Of a stretch of 32,000 nucleotides of DNA, positions 25,379 through 32,000 are shown in pieces. Every line of letters begins with the position of its first letter. Within the stretch, counting starts at the first letter, position 1. The notes beneath the pieces were generated by a model. It had not been told where the DNA came from, made no database searches, and saw nothing but the letters and a program-made list of their open reading frames with translations. This stretch comes from Pyrodictium occultum (GTDB taxonomy: Archaea > Thermoproteota > Thermoprotei_A > Sulfolobales > Pyrodictiaceae). The stretch spans positions 1,410,001 through 1,442,000 of the forward strand of contig NZ_LNTB01000001.1 of assembly GCF_001462395.1 (NCBI RefSeq), in the 5' to 3' direction. Both the position numbers and the translations under genes were made by a program.

Positions 25379-25398
25379 CCCGGAAGCCGGCTTCCGGG
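25379..25398. promoter_or_regulatory. perfect 20-nt palindrome between a TATA-like box and tRNA-Val
   Basis: CCCGGAAGCC|GGCTTCCGGG. It follows aatgCTTAAAAcc (25367-25379) and ends 24 nt before the tRNA 5' end. Confidence 0.35.
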
Positions 25399-25421
25399 TC
25401 TGATGGGAGCCCCTGCAGGCT

Positions 25422-25499
25422 GGGCCCGTCGTCTAGCCTGGTTAGGACGCCGCCCTCACACGGCGGAGGTCCGGGGTTCAAATCCCCGCGGGCCCACCA
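25422..25499 (+). tRNA. tRNA-Val (anticodon CAC), CCA encoded
   Basis: GGGCCCG / GUCU..GGAC / CCGCC-CUCACAC-GGCGG / CGGGG-UUCAAAU-CCCCG / CGGGCCC-A-CCA. 78 nt. Confidence 0.9.
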
Positions 25500-25570
25500 T
25501 CACCCCAGCCTCCTCACAGGGTTGTCCACACACATTCTCTGGAAGCCCCGGAAGGTTCTCCCCTAGGGCA

Positions 25571-25584
25571 GAAAACTTTATAGG
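25571..25584 (+). promoter_or_regulatory. strong BRE/TATA-like element with no adjacent start codon
   Basis: GAAAACTTTATAgg, followed by a TG-rich tract (25590-25620). The next CDS start lies about 245 nt downstream. Confidence 0.45.
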
Positions 25585-25625
25585 TTTCATTGTGTATTGT
25601 TGTGTGTAGGTGTGTAATTTGAGGG

Positions 25626-25670
25626 CCCTCCAGGGTGATGGGGGCTCTGCTCTAAGCCCTGGAGGGTTTT
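25626..25670 (+). ncRNA. candidate small hairpin RNA or attenuator: 10-bp stem followed by TTTT
   Basis: CCCTCCAGGG (25626-25635) pairs with CCCTGGAGGG (25657-25666) across a 21-nt loop, and TTTT follows at 25667-25670. It starts about 20 nt after the predicted transcription start of the 25571 promoter. Confidence 0.25.
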
Positions 25671-25717
25671 CCCGTGGATGGGAGGCTCGTGCCGTTAGCC
25701 TCGACCGCCACCAGTGA

Positions 25718-25747
25718 AGCCATCTGGATTTCTCAATCCAGATGGCT
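25718..25747. promoter_or_regulatory. perfect 13-bp inverted repeat with a 4-nt loop
   Basis: AGCCATCTGGATT-tctc-AATCCAGATGGCT. It is relatively AT-rich and lies about 80 nt upstream of the truncated OFOR alpha ORF. Confidence 0.4.
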
Positions 25748-25827
25748 GAGGTGGAACTCCCTAAAGTGATACACTCTCACACAAAATGAAGCGGTAGGGA
25801 GAAACGGAGAGCCTGAGGAGCAAGGGC

Positions 25828-28335
<2,508 letters not shown>

Positions 28336-28430
28336 CCCTCATCTATTTGAAGCTTTTAGAATTTTCACCGGAAAGCCTAATCCAGGGATTCATAGGGCTG
28401 GACCCTGAGAACACCCTCTGGGGGGTTCTT

Positions 28431-28943
28431 GTGGAGCCAGTGTATGCTAGTAATGCGGCAGCCCGGGAGGAACCATTCCTAATCAGGAAGGCCAGGCTAG
28501 AAGACTTGCCAATGATAATAGCTATTAATCGTGCCACTCTGCCGGAGAATTACCCTGAGTGGTTCTGGCGGGATCACTTGGAGAAATGGGGTGACGCCTT
28601 CTTCGTCGCCGAGGTTGAAGGGAGGATAGTCGGCTACGTAATGTCCAGGGTGGAGTATGGTGCTCCCACATTCACGAAGGGCTTGATAGTCAAGAAGGGT
28701 CATATCGTATCTATCGCTGTCCTGGAGGGGTATAGGCGCCGCGGCATAGGGACAGCGCTGATGAAAGCTGCCCTAAAGGCGCTTAAGGAGAGATATGGCT
28801 GTAAGGAGGTGTATCTAGAGGTACGTGTCTCCAACGAGCCTGCCATAAGGCTCTACGAGAAACTGGGGTTTAAGAAGGTCCGGGTTATACCGATGTATTA
28901 TCTTGATGGCGAGGACGCGTATCTAATGGCTCGGGAGCTGTAG
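28431..28943 (+). CDS. ard1: N-alpha-acetyltransferase, Ard1/NatA-like GNAT
   Basis: Close to Sulfolobus Ard1 as recalled: INRATLPENYPEWFW, AFFVAE, GHIVSIAVLEGYRRRGIG, EVYLEVRVSNEPAIRLYEKLGFKKV, YYLDGEDAYLMAREL. The track ORF starts at TTG 28347, but 28345-28367 is T-tract/TATA-like. GTG at 28431 or 28440 fits the homolog's N-terminal length better. Confidence 0.85.
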   Translation: MEPVYASNAAAREEPFLIRKARLEDLPMIIAINRATLPENYPEWFWRDHLEKWGDAFFVAEVEGRIVGYVMSRVEYGAPTFTKGLIVKKGHIVSIAVLEGYRRRGIGTALMKAALKALKERYGCKEVYLEVRVSNEPAIRLYEKLGFKKVRVIPMYYLDGEDAYLMAREL

Positions 28944-28954
28944 GCTTTCCCGGG

Positions 28955-29266
28955 CTATTTTAGGCCGAGTCGTTTCAACGCATAGTATATGGTTGACTCG
29001 GGTCTATCCATGCGCCTGGCTATCTCGTACACTGATGCCCCGCTGAGGTAGAGTCTTCTTATCTGCTCCAGCTCCTCGTCGCTCAGCCGCCGGTGCCTAC
29101 GGTAGCGTCCTTTCCTCCTGCGTATCCTCCCCATAGCCTCCAGCCTATCAAGCGTCTTGTACACTGTGCTCATACTATTGCCGCATTGTTTAGCTATCTC
29201 CTTTACTGGCAGCCCCTGGCTGTAGAGCTTCTCCACAATCTCCAGGCATTCGTCCACGGAGGGCAT
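28955..29266 (-). CDS. small DNA-binding protein with two tandem HTH motifs, like an IS630/Hin N-terminus but with no transposase domain
   Basis: 103 aa. LYSQGLPVKEIAKQCGNSMSTVYKTLDRL and LYLSGASVYEIARRMDRPESTIYYALKRL are separated by an Arg-rich linker. ATG start. AAATAAAG box about 40 nt upstream. Confidence 0.7.
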   Translation of the reverse strand: MPSVDECLEIVEKLYSQGLPVKEIAKQCGNSMSTVYKTLDRLEAMGRIRRRKGRYRRHRRLSDEELEQIRRLYLSGASVYEIARRMDRPESTIYYALKRLGLK

Positions 29267-29566
29267 TGCTGCTCCTGCCCTGGCTCTCCAGCTCTCCAGC
29301 CTTTATTTCAGCATTCGGTTCCATACCACAGACCCCCCACCCGCCTATACACTAATACTGGCGTGATGAAGCCGCTACTACCATCGGGCTTTAGAGGCCC
29401 TCTAGAGGGTAATGCTCATATCACGGTATCTAGGCTAGACTGGTTTCAGGGGCTATGACGCCTCGGGCTATATGCTGAGCCTCCTGGATGAAGAGGTGCC
29501 GCGGCACCCTCCCTCTAGCGACGAGAGCCCCCGTGTTGCTAGGTAGAGGTTTGGGGTGGCGTCCCT

Positions 29567-29815
29567 TTGGCAGAGGAGAAGGTTGTGGCCTTCGTGCTCG
29601 CGGTAACCGAGATAGGTAAGGAGTATGACGTCGTTGAAGGGATAAAGGATATTGCGCGTCGGACAGATGTTGAAGTTGAGGCCTACGTGGTCTATGGAGA
29701 GTACGATGTAGCGGCTAAGATTGTGGCTGATGGGCTTAAGAAGGTGGATAAGGTTGTGACCATGATAAGGAGCCTCCCGGGTGTAATGAGGACTGTAACT
29801 CTCATCGCTGCCTAG
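29567..29815 (+). CDS. stand-alone Lrp/AsnC ligand-binding (RAM) domain protein
   Basis: 82 aa. VAFVLAVTEIGKEYDVVEGIKDI..VEVEAYVVYGEYDVAAKIVADGLKKVDKVV.MIRSLPGVMRTVTLIA is the beta-alpha-beta-beta-alpha-beta RAM pattern. TTG start. Confidence 0.7.
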   Translation: MAEEKVVAFVLAVTEIGKEYDVVEGIKDIARRTDVEVEAYVVYGEYDVAAKIVADGLKKVDKVVTMIRSLPGVMRTVTLIAA

Positions 29816-29885
29816 CTGCTGTATGCCCCCGATTTTTGCCTCCTCTGGGCCTCTCTCCGGCTCCTAGAGGTGAAGGTGCATCTAC

Positions 29886-30587
29886 GTGTTCGGCAGGATA
29901 ACGCTTGGCAGCCACAAGGTATGCGGGTTTGAAGTATCGCTAGAGGAGTACGAGGGTAAGTGCAGGTACCGGAGGGACGGTGTCAAAGCGATAGTACCCT
30001 GCACGTCAACCCACCTTTACCCTGCAGCCCCTGTCTTCTACCCAGAGTACCTGGCCAGCTACATTATGGTGAGGCTGGAGGAGCCGGTGGTAGTCGAGAG
30101 CGGGGGCGGAGAGGAGTTCTGGCTCAGCCTTGAGTACGATATAGTGGCTGTAGTAGGCTCTCAGGGCGCGGGCTATGAGCTGGTCGATGCAATGCCGTCT
30201 AAAGGGATTGGAAAGTACGCGCTCTACGGGCCTCCCAGCCGGGGGATACTAGCCCGGTTTATCCCTGCAAGGCCGCTACCCAGGCAGCAGAGGGAGGACT
30301 GCAGCGCGATGGTAAGGGTTGTTGCGAGAAGCAAGTCCTCTAGGCCCGCACGGGTATCGAGGATAGTATTTCCGGCCAGCGCCCTAAGCCTCTACTATGA
30401 CGGTGAGGGGGCGGTTGTGGGCTCAAATATAGAGGTTACAGTAACCAGTCCCTTCACAGCAATCGTCTCCCTCCGGGAGCCGGAGAGGCTGGAGGGCTTC
30501 AGGGAGGCGCCGCGGCTGCTGCAGAGGAGCGGAGTAGGCTCACAGGCTAGATGGAGCCAGAGCTTCGTCATGAGCTATGGTATCTAG
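29886..30587 (+). CDS. hypothetical protein, possibly DUF432-like (unverified)
   Basis: 233-aa ORF with a GTG start and a non-repetitive, balanced composition. It overlaps the next gene convergently by 20 nt. Family assignment is a weak recollection only. Confidence 0.5.
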   Translation: MFGRITLGSHKVCGFEVSLEEYEGKCRYRRDGVKAIVPCTSTHLYPAAPVFYPEYLASYIMVRLEEPVVVESGGGEEFWLSLEYDIVAVVGSQGAGYELVDAMPSKGIGKYALYGPPSRGILARFIPARPLPRQQREDCSAMVRVVARSKSSRPARVSRIVFPASALSLYYDGEGAVVGSNIEVTVTSPFTAIVSLREPERLEGFREAPRLLQRSGVGSQARWSQSFVMSYGI

Positions 30588-31110
30588 CCTCTGGGAGGGC
30601 TATAGTTACTACGCCCGAGCTGTCCCGCGTTATTTCGGCTCCATAGCTCTCCGCAACACCCTCAATCATGCTCTTAACGGCCTTTTCGCCGGGTTTTGTG
30701 GCGGGGAGCAGAATTACCTTATCCCGCTCACGTATGGCTATCCTCGAGTCCTCAAGCATTATGTCAAGAGCCTCCTCTAGGCCAATCTCTAGGCTGCGCA
30801 GTAGGGCACCTAGCCTCCTCCCCTCCTCCCGTGCAAGTTCATGGATATTAGCGTTATTGCAGCTATCCAGGAGCGAGAGAGGAATAAGCACCACGCCTAC
30901 ACGGCGAAGCTTACTATATATCAGCGCCTTTCTGAGCACGAGAGGCGCAAATGAACTGCTCTCCTCGGCTTCCACCGCCCCGGTTAAGAGCGCCCTCATG
31001 TAGGCCGATACAGTCATGCCGTGCCTGGCGGCTATGCCCTTAATTAGGTCGACAAGCTTCGAGTCGATCATTATGGGTCTTCTCTTCCTGCCGGCGCTCT
31101 CCTCGGACAA
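30568..31110 (-). CDS. RHH-like N-terminus plus a ~140-aa C-terminal domain (V4R-like?); paralog of the upstream gene
   Basis: The track ORF runs to TTG 31188. The TTG at 31110 gives MSEESAGRKRRPIMIDSKLVDLIKGIAARHGMTVSAYMRALL, which parallels the neighbour's MSSRKGARKLIAVPEEILQELSVIAKRSGLTISELASLIL. Shared landmarks: LRRVG/MRRLG, GRRLG/VGRLA, and a C-terminal G..V/I....strand. Confidence 0.6.
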   Translation of the reverse strand: MSEESAGRKRRPIMIDSKLVDLIKGIAARHGMTVSAYMRALLTGAVEAEESSSFAPLVLRKALIYSKLRRVGVVLIPLSLLDSCNNANIHELAREEGRRLGALLRSLEIGLEEALDIMLEDSRIAIRERDKVILLPATKPGEKAVKSMIEGVAESYGAEITRDSSGVVTIALPEARYHSS

Positions 31111-31189
31111 GCTGATGTATCCCCGAAGCAGCTGAGAGGCTCGGGTATCTGAGATAGAGGTTTGGCCGCCCCTAGGGGCTTGCTGCAAG

Positions 31190-31768
31190 CTAGCTACTCT
31201 GCCTATAGTTGATAACTAGTATGGAATCATACTCGTCTATCTTCTCAACCCTCTTGCCCATAGCCTCGAGTACGCTGGTCGCTATGGTTTTCAGCATATC
31301 AAGCATACCCGAGTAGGGCTTCTCCGTTATTGATATGATTATCTTCCCCGAGTTGCCATCATTGATCTCCTCTATGGAGGCGTTTGGCACGAAAAGCGAT
31401 ATTATATCCTTCGTGAGTATATCATCGAGCCCGCGCACCTTTGCGAACACTGCTATGGAGGTCGCGAGCCGCCCAACCTCCTTTATAAAAGTGTCACGGG
31501 CGCTTGGGTCTGCAGAGTTAACCAGCTCTACCAGCCCTTTCTGTGGAACAATCACTCCCCCTAGCCTCCTCATGTCGGTGAGCAGCGTCATCTCTGTGAA
31601 AAGCGATGCAATATTATCCCTGCCGTGGAGGGCACGTGCGGCGAAGGATAGTATCAGGGATGCAAGCTCCGATATTGTAAGACCAGAGCGTTTAGCTATT
31701 ACTGAGAGCTCTTGCAGAATCTCCTCGGGCACTGCTATAAGCTTCCTAGCCCCCTTACGGCTGGACAT
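31190..31768 (-). CDS. RHH-like N-terminus plus a ~140-aa C-terminal domain (V4R-like?)
   Basis: 192 aa with an ATG start. A GGTTTAAAGAAG box lies about 40 nt upstream on the minus strand (31801-31812). It is a distant paralog (about 20% identity by eye) of the downstream gene. Confidence 0.65.
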   Translation of the reverse strand: MSSRKGARKLIAVPEEILQELSVIAKRSGLTISELASLILSFAARALHGRDNIASLFTEMTLLTDMRRLGGVIVPQKGLVELVNSADPSARDTFIKEVGRLATSIAVFAKVRGLDDILTKDIISLFVPNASIEEINDGNSGKIIISITEKPYSGMLDMLKTIATSVLEAMGKRVEKIDEYDSILVINYRQSS

Positions 31769-31852
31769 GCAGCGACCCAGCTCCTCCCAATTAGGGCCTC
31801 TTCTTTAAACCTCTAGGAGGCGGCGACGAGCCCTCCCCTAGAGCCGGGACAC

Positions 31853-31872
31853 GAGTAAAAACCTGGGAAAAA
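31853..31872 (-). terminator. two T5 tracts after the partial upstream gene
   Basis: The minus strand reads gcTTTTTcccaggTTTTTac starting about 25 nt after the TAG at 31898-31900. Oligo-T tracts are the usual archaeal termination signal. Confidence 0.4.
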
Positions 31873-31897
31873 GCACGTGTAGATAGTGAGGGAGGAC

Positions 31898-32000
31898 CTA
31901 GCTTACTATCAGAGGGCTAGCCCCCTCCTCCCTGATCTCGTCAATAAGGCTACGTGGGAACACGGCTCTGCTCAAATCCGCGGAGTCAAGTGTTACGGCA
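31898..32000 (-). CDS. 3' end of an unidentified gene continuing beyond the window
   Basis: Hand translation of the minus strand gives ...AVTLDSADLSRAVFPRSLIDEIREEGASPLIVS-TAG. The frame is open to the window edge. Only 33 codons are visible. Confidence 0.3.
   Translation of the reverse strand, partial: AVTLDSADLSRAVFPRSLIDEIREEGASPLIVS

Noticed and set aside
25708-25760. Replication-origin ORB-like motifs (CCAGTGAAG, GGTGGAACTCC) around the 13-bp inverted repeat.
   Set aside because: They only loosely resemble the crenarchaeal ORB core. There are no repeated ORB copies, no G-string elements, no AT-rich unwinding element and no adjacent orc1/cdc6 gene.
29495-29508. 14-nt palindrome GGTGCCGCGGCACC matching 11 nt of the tRNA-Glu acceptor end, considered as a possible att remnant. 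TCAAATCCGCGG at about 31974 also resembles the tRNA-Val T-arm.
   Set aside because: The matches are short and do not extend into the T-arm or acceptor in the way att sites do. The first is explained by the palindromic GCCGCGGC core. The second lies inside a coding frame. No integrase is present.

Overview
High-GC, gene-dense archaeal chromosome segment. The content looks like a hyperthermophilic crenarchaeote of the Desulfurococcales/Aeropyrum type: two-subunit 2-oxoacid:ferredoxin oxidoreductase, Ard1 acetyltransferase, split IPCT and DIPPS genes, PaREP1, PurP. This assignment is inference only. Recognisable genes are hemA, a CimA/LeuA-type synthase, an SQR-like flavoprotein, SfsA, an AMP-forming acyl-CoA synthetase, an ACD beta-like ATP-grasp protein, PurP, DUF445, DIPPS and IPCT, an eight-CBS protein, an alpha/beta hydrolase, OFOR alpha and beta, and Ard1. 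Three intron-less tRNA genes (Glu-UUC, Gly-GCC, Val-CAC) all encode their CCA ends. Most long antisense ORFs in the track are GC-driven shadows of the real genes. The best candidate for an undescribed system is a three-gene operon at 19214-23857. Its proteins have prepilin/FlaFG-like N-terminal helices, and two are giant sequon-rich paralogs. No assembly ATPase is nearby, and tRNA-Glu and tRNA-Gly bracket the operon. Other oddities: four frameshifts, all at short C runs (three in the acyl-CoA synthetase, one in OFOR alpha); a 5'-truncated OFOR alpha beside tRNA-Val, with an orphan consensus promoter and two perfect hairpins between them; an in-frame TAG splitting a membrane-anchored protein; a 780-bp non-coding tract with a duplicated roughly 56-nt unit; a recent 237-bp intragenic duplication; three phased GTTAAC sites; and a lower-GC right end (about 28.3-32 kb) carrying tandem RHH-fusion paralogs and small regulators.
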